Positions 17,779 to 29,397 of a DNA stretch of 64,000 nt are shown in pieces. Origin of the DNA: an uncultured Clostridium sp. (GTDB lineage: Bacteria > Bacillota > Clostridia > TANB77 > CAG-508). Made by a program: the position numbers and the translations under genes. Under the pieces are notes generated by a model. It saw only the letters and a program-made list of their open reading frames with translations. It made no database searches and had not been told where the DNA came from. Within the stretch, counting starts at the first letter, position 1, and each line of letters opens with the position of its first letter. The DNA lies in contig CAYWAH010000002.1 in NCBI GenBank assembly GCA_964456505.1, positions 7 to 64,006 on the forward strand, given 5' to 3'.

Positions 17779-19632
17779 ATGTGTGGAATTGTAGGATTTA
17801 CAAACTTTAATAAAAATATGAGCGAAGAAGAATCAAGAAAAATACTAGAGAACATGAGAGAAAAACTTTATAGGAGAGGGCCGGATGAAGAAGGAGAATA
17901 TTTCAACGAGCATATTTCAATAGGGCACAAACGATTAGTTGTAATAGATAAAGAAAACGGAAAGCAACCTATGATTTTTAAATACCAAGGAAACAACTAT
18001 GTTATTACATACAATGGACAAATTTATAATACACGAGAATTGAAAAATGAATTGCTACGAGCAGGATTTTCTTTTTTAGGTCACTCTGATACTGAGGTTT
18101 TACTAAAGGCTTTTATTTATTATGGATATGATGTTGTAAACCATTTGAACGGAATTTTTGCTTTTGCCGTTTGGAACGAAAACAAAGAAGAATTGTTTTT
18201 GGCGAGGGATCATTTTGGAGTAAAGCCGTTGTATTATTGTGTAAACAACAATGAAATAATTTTTGCTTCTGAAATTAAATCCCTTTTCGAATTTCCAAGC
18301 ATATATCCGAAAGTTGATTTAAACGGAATATCTGAACTTATTGGAATTGGTCCGGCACATACGCAAGGTGAAACTATTTTTAAAGATATAAAGGAACTTG
18401 AAACAGCAAGTTTTATAATTTTTGGAAGAAACAAATTTATTAAGGAAAAATATTGGAAATTAAAAAGTAAAAAGCATGAAGATGATTTTGAAACAACATG
18501 CAAAAAAACGTCAGATTTATTAGATGATGCAATTTCAAGGCAACTTACATCAGATGTTCCATTGTGTACATTTTTATCAGGTGGATTGGATTCAAGCATA
18601 ATTACAATGTATGTTTCAAAATATTATCAAGAACACAACCTTGGAACATTAAATTCGTTTTCAATAGACTATATTGACAATGACAAAAATTTTCATAAAA
18701 CAGATTTTCAACCAAATCAAGATTCAGACTATGTTGATTTTATTAGTGAGAGGTTACACACAAATCATCATAAAATTTATTTAGATACACCTGAGCTAAT
18801 AGATGCTTTAAAAGATGCTGTAATAGCAAGAGATGCACCAGGCATGTGCGATATAGATTCGTCACTTTTATTATTCTGCAAAAAGGTAAAAAAAGATGCA
18901 ACTGTCGCATTAACAGGCGAATGTGCAGATGAAATTTTTGGAGGATATCCATGGTTCTTTAGAGAAGATGCTTTAAATAGTAACACATTTCCATGGTCAA
19001 TAAATATTGAAGAAAGAAGCCATATTTTAAATAAAGATATCTCAGAAAAAATCGATTTGAAATCATATATTGATTTTAGATATAACGAAAGCTTAAAAGA
19101 AGTTGAAATACTTGAAAGTGATGATGAAGAAACAAAACAAAAACGTTACATTTCATATTTAACAACAAACTGGTTTATGAATACTTTATTAGACAGGGCA
19201 GACAGAATGGGAATGTATAGCGAGATGGAATTGAGAGTTCCATTTTGTGACTATAGATTAGCAGAATACGTGTACAACATTCCGTGGAAAATCAAGGCAT
19301 ACAATGGTCGAGAGAAAGGACTATTAAGACACATTATGAAAGACAAACTTCCAATAGAAATAGTTGAAAGAAAAAAGAGCCCATATCCAAAAACATGGAA
19401 TCCAAACTATCTAACAGGTGTAAAAAATATTTTATCGAAAATTGTAGAAGACGAGAACTCTCCAATTTTCAGCATTTTAAACAAGGAGGATATAGAGAGC
19501 ATACTCAACACGAATGGTTCAAATTTTGTAAATCCATGGTTTGGGCAACTAATGACAGGTCCAAGTTTCATGGCATACCTTATCCAAATCAATTATTGGT
19601 TAGAAATTTACAAGCCAGTATTAGAATTATAA
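17779..19632 (+). CDS. asnB: Asparagine synthase (glutamine-hydrolysing)
   Basis: The N-terminal MCGIVGF nucleophile follows aaggagg. FLSGGLDSS is the PP-loop. Confidence 0.9.
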   Translation: MCGIVGFTNFNKNMSEEESRKILENMREKLYRRGPDEEGEYFNEHISIGHKRLVVIDKENGKQPMIFKYQGNNYVITYNGQIYNTRELKNELLRAGFSFLGHSDTEVLLKAFIYYGYDVVNHLNGIFAFAVWNENKEELFLARDHFGVKPLYYCVNNNEIIFASEIKSLFEFPSIYPKVDLNGISELIGIGPAHTQGETIFKDIKELETASFIIFGRNKFIKEKYWKLKSKKHEDDFETTCKKTSDLLDDAISRQLTSDVPLCTFLSGGLDSSIITMYVSKYYQEHNLGTLNSFSIDYIDNDKNFHKTDFQPNQDSDYVDFISERLHTNHHKIYLDTPELIDALKDAVIARDAPGMCDIDSSLLLFCKKVKKDATVALTGECADEIFGGYPWFFREDALNSNTFPWSINIEERSHILNKDISEKIDLKSYIDFRYNESLKEVEILESDDEETKQKRYISYLTTNWFMNTLLDRADRMGMYSEMELRVPFCDYRLAEYVYNIPWKIKAYNGREKGLLRHIMKDKLPIEIVERKKSPYPKTWNPNYLTGVKNILSKIVEDENSPIFSILNKEDIESILNTNGSNFVNPWFGQLMTGPSFMAYLIQINYWLEIYKPVLEL

Positions 19633-19641
19633 AAAATAAAA

Positions 19642-19680
19642 ATCATTATATTTTAAAATATAATGGTTTTTTATTTTTTA
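19642..19680 (+). terminator. Rho-independent terminator
   Basis: cattatatttt/aaaatataatg palindrome followed by T-runs. Confidence 0.6.
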
Positions 19681-19823
19681 CAAAAATATTACAAAATTTT
19701 AACAATAAATTTACTCAATTTTACTTGAAAACGTGGGCTCATATTGATATGATATAAAATGTCTAAATAAGAGAATATTTGGCAAATAGTTAACATAAAA
19801 AATAACAGACTAGGAAGGTTAAA

Positions 19824-20507
19824 ATGATAGAATTTAAGAATGTCACAAAAAGATACCCAACAGGAAATAGAGATGCAATTCATGATGCAAGCTTTGTTAT
19901 CAACAAAGGAGAATTTGCATTTTTAATTGGAGAGTCAGGTTCAGGAAAATCAACAATGATAAAAATGCTTTTAAAAGAGGAAGAGCCTACATCTGGAAAA
20001 ATAATTATAAATGGACAAGACATTACTTTTTTAAAGCAAAGTAGAGTTCCATATTTAAGAAGAAGTATGGGAGTTGTATTCCAAGACTTTAGATTACTTC
20101 CAGATAAAACAGTTTACGAGAATGTTGCATTTGCAATGCATGTTGTAAGAGCAACACCAAAGCATATTAGAAGACAAGTCCCAATGGTTCTTTCATTAGT
20201 TGGATTAGCTGATAAAGCAAAAATGCACCCAGATGAACTTTCTGGTGGCGAGCAACAAAGAGTTGCATTGGCAAGAGCAATTGTAAATAACCCTTCAATG
20301 CTTATTGCGGACGAGCCTACAGGAAACTTGGACCCAAATACTGCATGGGACATTATGGGTTTAATAAATGATATTAATTTACGTGGAACAACAGTTGTTG
20401 TTGCAACACACGCAAAAGATATAGTTGATAGAATGAACAAAAGAGTTATCAAACTTGATAAAGGAATAATAATTAGCGATAAAAAAGGTGGTTATGACGG
20501 TGAATAG
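19824..20507 (+). CDS. ftsE: Cell division ATP-binding protein FtsE
   Basis: GESGSGKST, LSGGEQQRVALARA, and FtsX immediately downstream. Confidence 0.9.
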   Translation: MIEFKNVTKRYPTGNRDAIHDASFVINKGEFAFLIGESGSGKSTMIKMLLKEEEPTSGKIIINGQDITFLKQSRVPYLRRSMGVVFQDFRLLPDKTVYENVAFAMHVVRATPKHIRRQVPMVLSLVGLADKAKMHPDELSGGEQQRVALARAIVNNPSMLIADEPTGNLDPNTAWDIMGLINDINLRGTTVVVATHAKDIVDRMNKRVIKLDKGIIISDKKGGYDGE

Positions 20508-21396
20508 TAGTTTAGGATATTTAATTTCAGAGGGATTCAAGAGTGTATTCAAACAGAAGAAAATGAGTAGTGCTTCAATTGTGGTTATGTGTGCTACAAT
20601 GTTTATTTTTGGTATATTCTTTTTAATCGGCGAAAACGTAAACTATGCAATGAAGCAAGTTGAAAGTAAGCAAGGAATGAGAGTAATAATTAAGGAAGAT
20701 GCTACTGATAACGACATTGCAAATCTAAGAACTGAAATTCAGAAAATCAATGGTGTTAGTTCTGTTACATATTACTCTAAAGAAGATGCTCTTGACTCTG
20801 TAAAAAAACAATTTGGAGATCATCAAGATTTGCTTGAAGGTTATAGTGAGGACAATCCATTCCCAGCATCATATTTTGTTACACTTACTGATTTGGATTT
20901 GAATGAACAAGTTCAAGAGAAAATTATGAATCTTGATTTTGTAGATGAAATTTCAACAAATAATAATACAATTGCAAATTTGTCTAGAATAGCAAGAACT
21001 ATTCAAAATGTTACTTTGGTTTTACTTTTATTATTAATTGTAATTTCAATTTTGATTATTGCATACACTATCAAATTAACTGTATATGCAAGAAGAAGAG
21101 AAATTTCAATTATGAAATATGTAGGTGCTACTAATAGTTTTATCAGAGGACCATTTGTAATTGAGGGCATTATTATTGGTGTTGTTGCAGCATTTCTAAC
21201 ATTAGTAATAATTTGCATTGCCTATAATTATGCAATTGGACAAGTTTTAAATTCAAGTGTTATCACAACCGTTCAATTGTCTTTCTATACTTTCTCAGAT
21301 TTATTTGCAAAAATCGTTGCAGTTTACTTGATATTAGGAATTGGCCTTGGTGTAATAGGCAGTTCAATTTCAATGAGAAAGTACTTGAAAGTTTAG
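20494..21396 (+). CDS. ftsX: Cell division permease-like protein FtsX
   Basis: 4-TM FtsX architecture with an extracellular domain and the MKYVGAT motif. Overlaps the ftsE end. Confidence 0.85.
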   Translation: MTVNSSLGYLISEGFKSVFKQKKMSSASIVVMCATMFIFGIFFLIGENVNYAMKQVESKQGMRVIIKEDATDNDIANLRTEIQKINGVSSVTYYSKEDALDSVKKQFGDHQDLLEGYSEDNPFPASYFVTLTDLDLNEQVQEKIMNLDFVDEISTNNNTIANLSRIARTIQNVTLVLLLLLIVISILIIAYTIKLTVYARRREISIMKYVGATNSFIRGPFVIEGIIIGVVAAFLTLVIICIAYNYAIGQVLNSSVITTVQLSFYTFSDLFAKIVAVYLILGIGLGVIGSSISMRKYLKV

Positions 21397-21605
21397 AAAT
21401 TTGAATTTAAAGTTAAAAGTAAAAAATAGAAAGCAATAGTTTTATTAAAATAAATATAAAACGATAGCAAGAAAAATATATTAAAAAAAACTTTAAAGAT
21501 AAAATAAAAACACATTAGAAATAACAAAATATTTGATTAAATATTTTGTAAATGAAAAACTTCGAAAATATGAAATACACAAAAGTGTTAAGCAATGGAG
21601 GACAA

Positions 21606-22787
21606 ATGAAAAGAAAATTTTTGAACATAGCATTGTCAACAATATGCGCAATTACTTTGAGCACAAATCTTGTTTATGCTGTTACAAAAAGTGAGGCAAC
21701 AGCTTCAAAAAATGAAGCAGAAGAAAAAAAGACTCAAGCGCAAAGCGAATTAAATTCTATTAACAGCGAAAAAACTTCTACTGAAAGTGAAATTGATACT
21801 CTAAATAACGAAATAGATAAGGTACAAGAAGAAATTGATCAATATCAGGTTCAACTTGATAATTTAAATAATGAAATTTCTAATAAACAAATTGAAATTG
21901 ATGAAAAAACAGATGAAATTGCTAAAAAAGAAGAATTGTTAAAGAAAAGATTGGTTACAATGTACAAAACAGGAAATTCAAGTTATTTAGATGTTTTATT
22001 AGGATCATCAAATTATATTGATATGTTATCAAATTATGATGCTGTAAAGCAAATAGCCGATGCGGATACTGAATTAATTAATACAATTACAACGCAAAAA
22101 GAAGAAATTGAAAGTAATAAAAAAGAATTAGAAACTCAAAAACAAGAAGTTGATACTGTAAAGACTCAAAAGCAAGCAAAAAATGATGTGCTTGAAAGTA
22201 AAAAGAGTGAGAAAAAAGAAGCAGTCAGCAAACTTTCTGCAGATGCTCAAGCCAAGCAAAAGGAAATTGATGAATATACTGCTCAAATTAGACAAGCCGA
22301 AAACGATTTAGCTGCTATTGCTAGAGCAGAAGCTGAAGCAGCAAAAAAGAAAAGTTCTTCAAGTAGTTCTGCTAAAGTATATACAGGTGGTACATTTAAA
22401 TGGCCATGTCCAGGATATTCAAGAATATCTGATTATTATGGATATAGGTTGCATCCAATTTATAAAAAACAAATCTTACATAAAGGAATAGATATGGCTG
22501 CTTCAAGTGGTACACCAATATTAGCAGCGGCAGATGGTACAGTTATTTTTGCTTCAACAGGTTGGAATGGTGGATATGGAAACTGCATTGAAATAGACCA
22601 TGGTGGCGGATTAGTTACTTTATATGGTCACTGCAAATTTTTAAGCGTTTCAACAGGTCAAAAAGTAAAAAAAGGTCAACAAATTGCAGGCGTTGGAACT
22701 ACAGGAAGTTCGACAGGAAATCACTTGCATTTTGGCGTAATATTAAATGGATCATATGTTAACCCAGCATCATATTTGGGAATGTAA
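21606..22787 (+). CDS. Coiled-coil M23 family metallopeptidase (EnvC/PcsB-like FtsEX partner candidate)
   Basis: Signal or anchor sequence, a long coiled coil, and a C-terminal HKGIDMAA...GNHLHFGV M23 domain. ATG 21606 follows ggagg. Confidence 0.8.
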   Translation: MKRKFLNIALSTICAITLSTNLVYAVTKSEATASKNEAEEKKTQAQSELNSINSEKTSTESEIDTLNNEIDKVQEEIDQYQVQLDNLNNEISNKQIEIDEKTDEIAKKEELLKKRLVTMYKTGNSSYLDVLLGSSNYIDMLSNYDAVKQIADADTELINTITTQKEEIESNKKELETQKQEVDTVKTQKQAKNDVLESKKSEKKEAVSKLSADAQAKQKEIDEYTAQIRQAENDLAAIARAEAEAAKKKSSSSSSAKVYTGGTFKWPCPGYSRISDYYGYRLHPIYKKQILHKGIDMAASSGTPILAAADGTVIFASTGWNGGYGNCIEIDHGGGLVTLYGHCKFLSVSTGQKVKKGQQIAGVGTTGSSTGNHLHFGVILNGSYVNPASYLGM

Positions 22788-22808
22788 TAAATAATTAATG
22801 GAGGGGAA

Positions 22809-24080
22809 ATGAAAAAACTAAGAAACAAAATTACAACAATCGTTTTAATAATCCTAATCATTTCCTCTTTTTTTCATGTATTTGCGCAAAGTGAAATAGC
22901 AAATACTCAAAATCAAAATCAGGAAAATGGTTCGGGCGAGAGCAATACTACAAATAGCATAAACGATACAAATTCTGTAAGACAACTTACTTTAGAGGAA
23001 CAAAAAAAACAAGTTCAAGAACAATTAGCAGATGCTAACAATAAACTAACTTATGTAGAGGGAGAACTTTCATCAAAACTATTGTATATTCAAAGAATTG
23101 AAGATAAAATTGCAGAATATCAAGTTGATGTTGATGATGTAAATGAAAAATATCGTAAACTTGAAGAAGAGGTTGCACAAGCAGAGGAAGAACTTGAAAT
23201 AAGCCAAGCAGAATTTGACCAAAAAGATGGGTTGCTACGTAAAAGATTAGTTCAAATATATAAGGCAGGATCTTCTACAACATATTTGGATGTTCTTTTA
23301 GGTTCAAAAGATATTTTTGAATTTATTTCAAATTATTCAATAATTAGTCAAATAATTGAATATGATTCAAAAGACATTGAACAACTCGCTGAAAAGAAAA
23401 ATAATCTTGAACAATTGACTACAAAATTGAATAATCAAAAAGCAGAATTAAAGTTAGCAAAAGTAAATGCAGAAAAGAAAACTGTACTTTTGGCAAATAC
23501 AAAAACAGTACTTGAAAATGAAAAGGCAAGTTTGGACGAGAGTGAAACAACTTTATTAGCTCAAATAGATTCATACAAAAAGCAACAAGAAGAAATCGAA
23601 AGATTAATCTCAAATTCAATATCTGCTTCAACTTATGATTTAGTATATTCTGGTGGAGTAATGATTTGGCCAACAGTGGCTGGAAGTTATATAACTTCTC
23701 CATTTGGCTCAAGACTACACCCAATACAAGGTGTTGTAAAAAATCATGATGGAATTGATATTGGTGGATCTGATATGTATGGTAAATCTATATATGCTGC
23801 AGCGGATGGCGTTATTATCTATTATGGAGTTATGGGCGGATATGGAAATGCAGTAATGATTGACCATGGAACAAGTAGTGAAGGTAAAAAAGTTGTTACA
23901 TTATATGGACATGGAAGTCAGTTCATTGAAGGATTATCAGTAGGTTCTACTGTAAAACAAGGTCAAGAAATTATGAAGGTTGGCTCAACAGGAAATTCAA
24001 CAGGACCACATTTACACTTTGAAGTAAGAGAAAACAATGTGGCAGTTGATCCCAAGAAATATTTATCAAGTGAACAATAA
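22809..24080 (+). CDS. Second coiled-coil M23 family metallopeptidase (tandem paralogue)
   Basis: Same architecture as the upstream gene, with HDGIDIGG...GPHLHFEV. Confidence 0.8.
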   Translation: MKKLRNKITTIVLIILIISSFFHVFAQSEIANTQNQNQENGSGESNTTNSINDTNSVRQLTLEEQKKQVQEQLADANNKLTYVEGELSSKLLYIQRIEDKIAEYQVDVDDVNEKYRKLEEEVAQAEEELEISQAEFDQKDGLLRKRLVQIYKAGSSTTYLDVLLGSKDIFEFISNYSIISQIIEYDSKDIEQLAEKKNNLEQLTTKLNNQKAELKLAKVNAEKKTVLLANTKTVLENEKASLDESETTLLAQIDSYKKQQEEIERLISNSISASTYDLVYSGGVMIWPTVAGSYITSPFGSRLHPIQGVVKNHDGIDIGGSDMYGKSIYAAADGVIIYYGVMGGYGNAVMIDHGTSSEGKKVVTLYGHGSQFIEGLSVGSTVKQGQEIMKVGSTGNSTGPHLHFEVRENNVAVDPKKYLSSEQ

Positions 24081-24228
24081 TAAAATATACATTCATGGGT
24101 TATAGGTAACCTTTAATAACCTAAATTTTAAATAAGGAGTAAAGCGATTTTTAAAATTATAAAATGAAAATTTGCAGTTTATATTAACTAGCAAATATTA
24201 TAGTAATTTTAAAATCACAAAAAAGAAA

Positions 24229-25437
24229 ATGAAAAATTTTAAAACTTTTTTAACAATTGTTATTACAGCATTGATTACATTTTGTATTACATTTGTTGTT
24301 TTTTATAGTGGAAATTTCAACACCGCAAGTAGCACAGAAAATACAATTGGTGGTGCATTACAAAGTAGCGAATTAGAAACAAAACTAAAAGCAATTAGAA
24401 AAAAGATTGATGCAAATTACAAAGGAGAAATAAACGAAGATAATCTAAAAGAGTATGCAATAAAAGGTTATGTTGCAGGACTTGGAGATGAATATACTCA
24501 ATATTTTACCAAAGACGAGATGAAAAAATTTACAGAAGAAACAGAAGGAGAATTTGTAGGAATAGGAGTATATATTACTGCAAATAATGATGCAAACAGA
24601 GTTGAAATTGTTAGTGATATAAAAGATTCTCCAGCAGAAAAAGCTGGATTACAATCTGGTGATTTAATAAAAAGTGTTGATGATATAGAATATACTGCAT
24701 CAGATTTAGACAAAATTACACAAAATATTAGAGGCAAAGCAGGCACAAAGGTTAAAATTGTAATTATAAGAAATAATGAAGAAAAGGAATATGAAATTGA
24801 AAGAGCATCTATTTCAATTCCATCTGTTGAAAGTTCAATGCTAGAAAACAATGTTGGATACATTTATATTTCAACATTTAGCTCAAATACATCAAGTGAA
24901 TTCAAAACTGCATACAATGATTTAGTTTCAAAAGGTGCGAAATCATTGGTAATAGATTTAAGAAATAATGTTGGTGGCTTGCTTGAAGAAGCATTAGACA
25001 TAGGAGACATGCTTACAGATAAAGGAAAAGTATTGTTAATTCAACAAGATAAAAATAACACAGAAGAAAAAACATTCTCTAAAGAAGACAAATTAGTTGA
25101 TATGAATTTTGTATTGTTGGTTAACCAATATTCAGCAAGTGCTTCAGAAGTATTAGCTGGTATAGTAAAAGATGACTGCGACAATGGAACAATTGTTGGA
25201 ACAACAACATATGGAAAAGGCGTTGTTCAAACATTATATGGTTTATCAGATGGAAGTGGTATAAAAATAACTACAAATGAATACTTTTCTCCAAATCATA
25301 ATTCAATAAATAAAGTTGGAATTAAGCCAGATGTAGAAGTAGAGTATGACAAATTTGATGGAAAACTAGATACTAAAAATGATACTCAACTTCAAAAAGC
25401 AATTGAGCAATTGAAAAATACCAATGCTAGTAAATAA
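24229..25437 (+). CDS. S41 carboxy-terminal processing peptidase (CtpA/CtpB-like)
   Basis: PDZ segment (SPAEKAGLQSGDLI), LRNNVGG, SASASEV and the GTTTYGKG catalytic region. Confidence 0.85.
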   Translation: MKNFKTFLTIVITALITFCITFVVFYSGNFNTASSTENTIGGALQSSELETKLKAIRKKIDANYKGEINEDNLKEYAIKGYVAGLGDEYTQYFTKDEMKKFTEETEGEFVGIGVYITANNDANRVEIVSDIKDSPAEKAGLQSGDLIKSVDDIEYTASDLDKITQNIRGKAGTKVKIVIIRNNEEKEYEIERASISIPSVESSMLENNVGYIYISTFSSNTSSEFKTAYNDLVSKGAKSLVIDLRNNVGGLLEEALDIGDMLTDKGKVLLIQQDKNNTEEKTFSKEDKLVDMNFVLLVNQYSASASEVLAGIVKDDCDNGTIVGTTTYGKGVVQTLYGLSDGSGIKITTNEYFSPNHNSINKVGIKPDVEVEYDKFDGKLDTKNDTQLQKAIEQLKNTNASK

Positions 25438-25572
25438 ATTTCAAAATAATTTAGCATAGAAATAATTTGGATACAGACTAGTAAATAATTATGCAACTGT
25501 AATGTTAAAATAATAAAAACGCCAATGATAAAAAATTATGAGATATAAATATCAAATAGAAGAGGACTTTAT

Positions 25573-28281
25573 ATGAAAAAATTACTTTTAATTGATGGTA
25601 ACTCAATAATGAATAGAGCATTTTATGGTATACATTTAATGACATCTAATGATGGCAAGTATACCAATGCTCTTTATGGATTTTTGTCAACGATGTTTAG
25701 CAATATGGATGAGGTAAATCCAGATTATATGTTGATTGCATTTGATTCAAAAACAGCCGCAGATGTAAGAAAAAAACAATATGATGGTTATAAAAAAAGC
25801 AGACATAAAATGCCTGATGAGCTTGCAGAACAAATGCCTGAAATAAAAGAAATACTTGATGCGATGAACATAAAACATATTGAATTACCTGATTTTGAAG
25901 GCGATGATATTTTAGGAACGGCAGCAAAAAAATTTGCAAGTGATGAAGTTGAAGCATATATTTTATCAGGAGATAGAGATTTATTTCAACTAATTCAAAG
26001 CAATATTTTTGTGCGTATTCCAAAGACAAGCCAAGGAAAAACTACAACAGAATTATATGATGAAAAAAGAATAGAAGATGAAATGGGTTTGGCTCCAAAA
26101 GATTTGATTGAACTTAAAGCGTTAATGGGAGATAGTTCTGATGAAATTCCTGGGTGCAAAGGTGTTGGACCAAAAACAGCAACAACTCTTTTGCAAAAAT
26201 ATAAAACAATCGAAAATTTATATGATGCATTAGAAAAAGGCGAAGATGAATTCAAACCAAAATTACGTGATAATTTAATTGAAAATAAAGATCTAATATT
26301 TCTTTCAAGAGAACTAGGAAGAATAAAATTGAATGCAAATATAAGTGATAACATTGAAGATTTTAAATACACTGATTGGAAAAATGCTAATGTAAAAAAG
26401 CAGTTTGAAAAATATAGTTTTAAAAGATTTATAGAAAAATATCACTTGAAAGAATTAACAGATAATGGAAACTATAAAAACCCATTTGTTGATGATAATG
26501 ATATAAAAAGTGAAGAGGATACACTCGATAAAGAATTAAAAAATTCTTTATTTGTAGAAAATATTTCTTCATTTGATAATATAAATTTAGGAGATAAATT
26601 TATATTTTATCTTGATACAAAACCATCTGAAGATGATGAAAAAATTATAAAAAAAGATATTATAGGAATTGGATTTTATAATTTTAATACTGGAAAAATC
26701 TGTTATTATAAAAATCCTAAAAATGAAGAATTAAAGAAAATATTAGAGGATAAAAGTATTGAAAAAATTGGATATAATTTGAGCGAAGATTATGTTCTTT
26801 TAAGAGAAAATAATATTAAACTTGAAAACATTAAATATGATGCAGAAGTTGCATGCTATGATTTGAATCCAACAAATGTAAAACATAGTCTAAAAGAAAT
26901 AGCAGAGCAGTATTTGAACATTGATATTGAAGAATATTTACCAGAAAAACAAATAAATTTATTTGAAAGTTTAGATGAGGGTAAAAATGAAGTGGGATTA
27001 TATGTGTGTATCATAAAGAAAATTTATGAATATACAATTGAAAAATTGAAAAAAGACAATTCAATAAAATTATTTGACGAAATAGAAATGCCTTTAATAA
27101 AAGTTTTAGGCGATATGCAATTTGAGGGAATGCAAGTTGATAAAAATGAATTGGTAAACTTTGGCACAAAATTAAAACAAAGAATAGAGAAATTAACTAG
27201 CGAAATTTATGAGTTAGCTGGAGAAGAATTTAATATAAATTCCACAATTCAATTAGGAAATATTTTGTTTGAAAAATTAGGATTGCCAGCACCAAAGAAA
27301 AATAAAAAAGGTTATTCTACAGATGTAAAAACACTTGAAAAATTGTATGATAAACATCCTATCATAAATAAAATATTAGAATACAGAGGCTTAGTAAAAT
27401 TAAACTCAACCTATGTTGAGGGCCTTATTCCTTATATAAATAAAAGAACAAATAGAATTCATTCGTATTTTCATCAAACAATAACAGCAACAGGAAGAAT
27501 TAGTTCAACAGAACCAAATTTACAAAACATACCTGCACGTGAGGAGTTAGGAAGACAAATCAAAAAAGCATTTATTGCAAAAGATGGATACACTTATGTT
27601 GATGCAGATTATTCGCAAGTTGAATTAAGAGTACTTGCACATTTGTCGAAAGATGAAAATATGATAAACGCATTCAAAAATGATGAAGATATTCATAGAC
27701 AAGTTGCTTCAAGAGTGTTTAATATTCCGTTTGATAAAGTTACAAAGCAAGAAAGAACAAGAGCAAAAGCAGTAAACTTTGGTATAGTTTATGGGATAAC
27801 ATCATTCGGACTTGCTAAACAAATAGGAAGTACAAGAAAAGAAGCAGAAGAATATATTGAAAAATATTTTGAAAAATATAATGGTATTAAAAATTATATG
27901 GACAATATGGTAAAGAGTGCTCAAGAAAATGGCTATGTTGAAACACTATTTGGAAGAAGAAGGTACGTTCCAGAATTGAAATCATCAAACTATATGATGA
28001 GAGAATTCGGAAAAAGAGTTGCAATGAATACACCAATTCAGGGAACGGCAGCAGACATTATGAAAATTGCAATGAACAAAGTGTATGAAGAATTAGAAAA
28101 AGAAAATATTGATGGAAAAATTGTATTACAAGTTCATGATGAACTAATACTTGAAGTCAATGAAAAAGATAAAGAAAAAGCATCAAAAATTTTAAAAGAA
28201 TGTATGGAAAATGCATTTGAATTGGAAATACCATTAAAAGTTGAAGTAACAACTGCCAAATGTTGGTATGACTTAAAATAA
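25573..28281 (+). CDS. polA: DNA polymerase I
   Basis: 902 aa with a 5' nuclease N-terminus (LLLIDGNSIMNRAFY) and family-A polymerase motifs (DYSQVELRVLAH, QVHDELI). Confidence 0.95.
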   Translation: MKKLLLIDGNSIMNRAFYGIHLMTSNDGKYTNALYGFLSTMFSNMDEVNPDYMLIAFDSKTAADVRKKQYDGYKKSRHKMPDELAEQMPEIKEILDAMNIKHIELPDFEGDDILGTAAKKFASDEVEAYILSGDRDLFQLIQSNIFVRIPKTSQGKTTTELYDEKRIEDEMGLAPKDLIELKALMGDSSDEIPGCKGVGPKTATTLLQKYKTIENLYDALEKGEDEFKPKLRDNLIENKDLIFLSRELGRIKLNANISDNIEDFKYTDWKNANVKKQFEKYSFKRFIEKYHLKELTDNGNYKNPFVDDNDIKSEEDTLDKELKNSLFVENISSFDNINLGDKFIFYLDTKPSEDDEKIIKKDIIGIGFYNFNTGKICYYKNPKNEELKKILEDKSIEKIGYNLSEDYVLLRENNIKLENIKYDAEVACYDLNPTNVKHSLKEIAEQYLNIDIEEYLPEKQINLFESLDEGKNEVGLYVCIIKKIYEYTIEKLKKDNSIKLFDEIEMPLIKVLGDMQFEGMQVDKNELVNFGTKLKQRIEKLTSEIYELAGEEFNINSTIQLGNILFEKLGLPAPKKNKKGYSTDVKTLEKLYDKHPIINKILEYRGLVKLNSTYVEGLIPYINKRTNRIHSYFHQTITATGRISSTEPNLQNIPAREELGRQIKKAFIAKDGYTYVDADYSQVELRVLAHLSKDENMINAFKNDEDIHRQVASRVFNIPFDKVTKQERTRAKAVNFGIVYGITSFGLAKQIGSTRKEAEEYIEKYFEKYNGIKNYMDNMVKSAQENGYVETLFGRRRYVPELKSSNYMMREFGKRVAMNTPIQGTAADIMKIAMNKVYEELEKENIDGKIVLQVHDELILEVNEKDKEKASKILKECMENAFELEIPLKVEVTTAKCWYDLK

Positions 28282-28379
28282 ATGCAAAATAGTTATTGCT
28301 AAAAATTAAAATTTATTGTATAGTATTATTGTTAAAAAAATTTTAATATAAAAACAAATTAAATTTGAAGGGAGAAAAT

Positions 28380-28715
28380 ATGGAAGAAAACATTAACAAC
28401 GAAAATGTTAACAAAAATATAGATGAGGAAGATAGCAATTTAGTTGTATTAAAAGATGAAGAAGGAAATGATGTTAAATTTGAATTTCTTGATTTCATAG
28501 AATACAACGGAGATAATTATGTAATCTTACTTCCAACAGAAGATGTTGAAAATGAAGAATCAGAGGAGGTTGTTATTTTAAAAGAAGACAAAGAGGCTGA
28601 AAATGATGGCTCTGATGATGAATCTTATGTAAGTGTTGATGATGAAGATACTTTAAATAAGGTTTTTGATATTTTTAAAGATAAGTTTAAGGATGAATTT
28701 GACTTCGAAGATTGA
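28380..28715 (+). CDS. DUF1292 family acidic protein
   Basis: LKDEEGNDVKFEFLDFIEYNGDNYVILLP...VVILK pattern. ATG 28380 follows gggag. Confidence 0.7.
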   Translation: MEENINNENVNKNIDEEDSNLVVLKDEEGNDVKFEFLDFIEYNGDNYVILLPTEDVENEESEEVVILKEDKEAENDGSDDESYVSVDDEDTLNKVFDIFKDKFKDEFDFED

Positions 28716-28761
28716 AAATAATATATTTAATTTATATTATTTTGGGAAGAAGGTAATTAAA

Positions 28762-29232
28762 ATGAAAACTCTAGCCAATTATTTAGTTGCCATATTCATG
28801 GTAATGTATTGGATCTTTAGAATAGTCGTAACATATATGTATGATACAGGAAAAGCATTTGTAACTCAACCATTAAATGAACCAATTGAAATAGTTTTAT
28901 TATTTGTAACCTTGCTTTGCATTATTCTATTTGTAAAAAGAATAAAATATGGTGGAGTACTTTATATTGCAACATATTATGGATATTTTGGCGTAGATTT
29001 GTTTAACCATTTGAAAAAGATGTTTGATACATATACATTTGATATTGATTCTATAAATGGAGTTATTTGGTCAGCTGTAGCAGTAATTTTAGCTACTGTT
29101 GTTATGATTGATTTACTTTATGATAATGTAAGAACACCAGATCAAAAGAATACTGACTGGTATTATAATAATAAGGATTATGATAGAGAGTATGACCCAA
29201 GAGCTGATAGAAATCATTATAAGTATCAATAA
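28762..29232 (+). CDS. Hypothetical 4-TM membrane protein
   Basis: ATG 28762 follows gggaagaagg. Hydrophobic segments are present but I recognise no family. Confidence 0.5.
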   Translation: MKTLANYLVAIFMVMYWIFRIVVTYMYDTGKAFVTQPLNEPIEIVLLFVTLLCIILFVKRIKYGGVLYIATYYGYFGVDLFNHLKKMFDTYTFDIDSINGVIWSAVAVILATVVMIDLLYDNVRTPDQKNTDWYYNNKDYDREYDPRADRNHYKYQ

Positions 29233-29397
29233 AATATAATATTTTTTTGCACGAAAAATATTAAAAATTATGAATATTAAAATAGTATGATATGAGAAGA
29301 GTTTAATTTAAAAAATATTGTAAAATTGAATTGCTTCAAAAAATCATACTATTTTTTAAAAACAAGAAAGATATTTTAACTAATTTCTTCAGATTGC

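Noticed and set aside
29280-29354. 13-bp perfect inverted repeat (aaaatagtatgat / atcatactatttt) with a ~49-nt loop upstream of the rplU promoter
   Set aside because: It is probably just the terminator region of the preceding membrane-protein gene, and nothing distinguishes it further.
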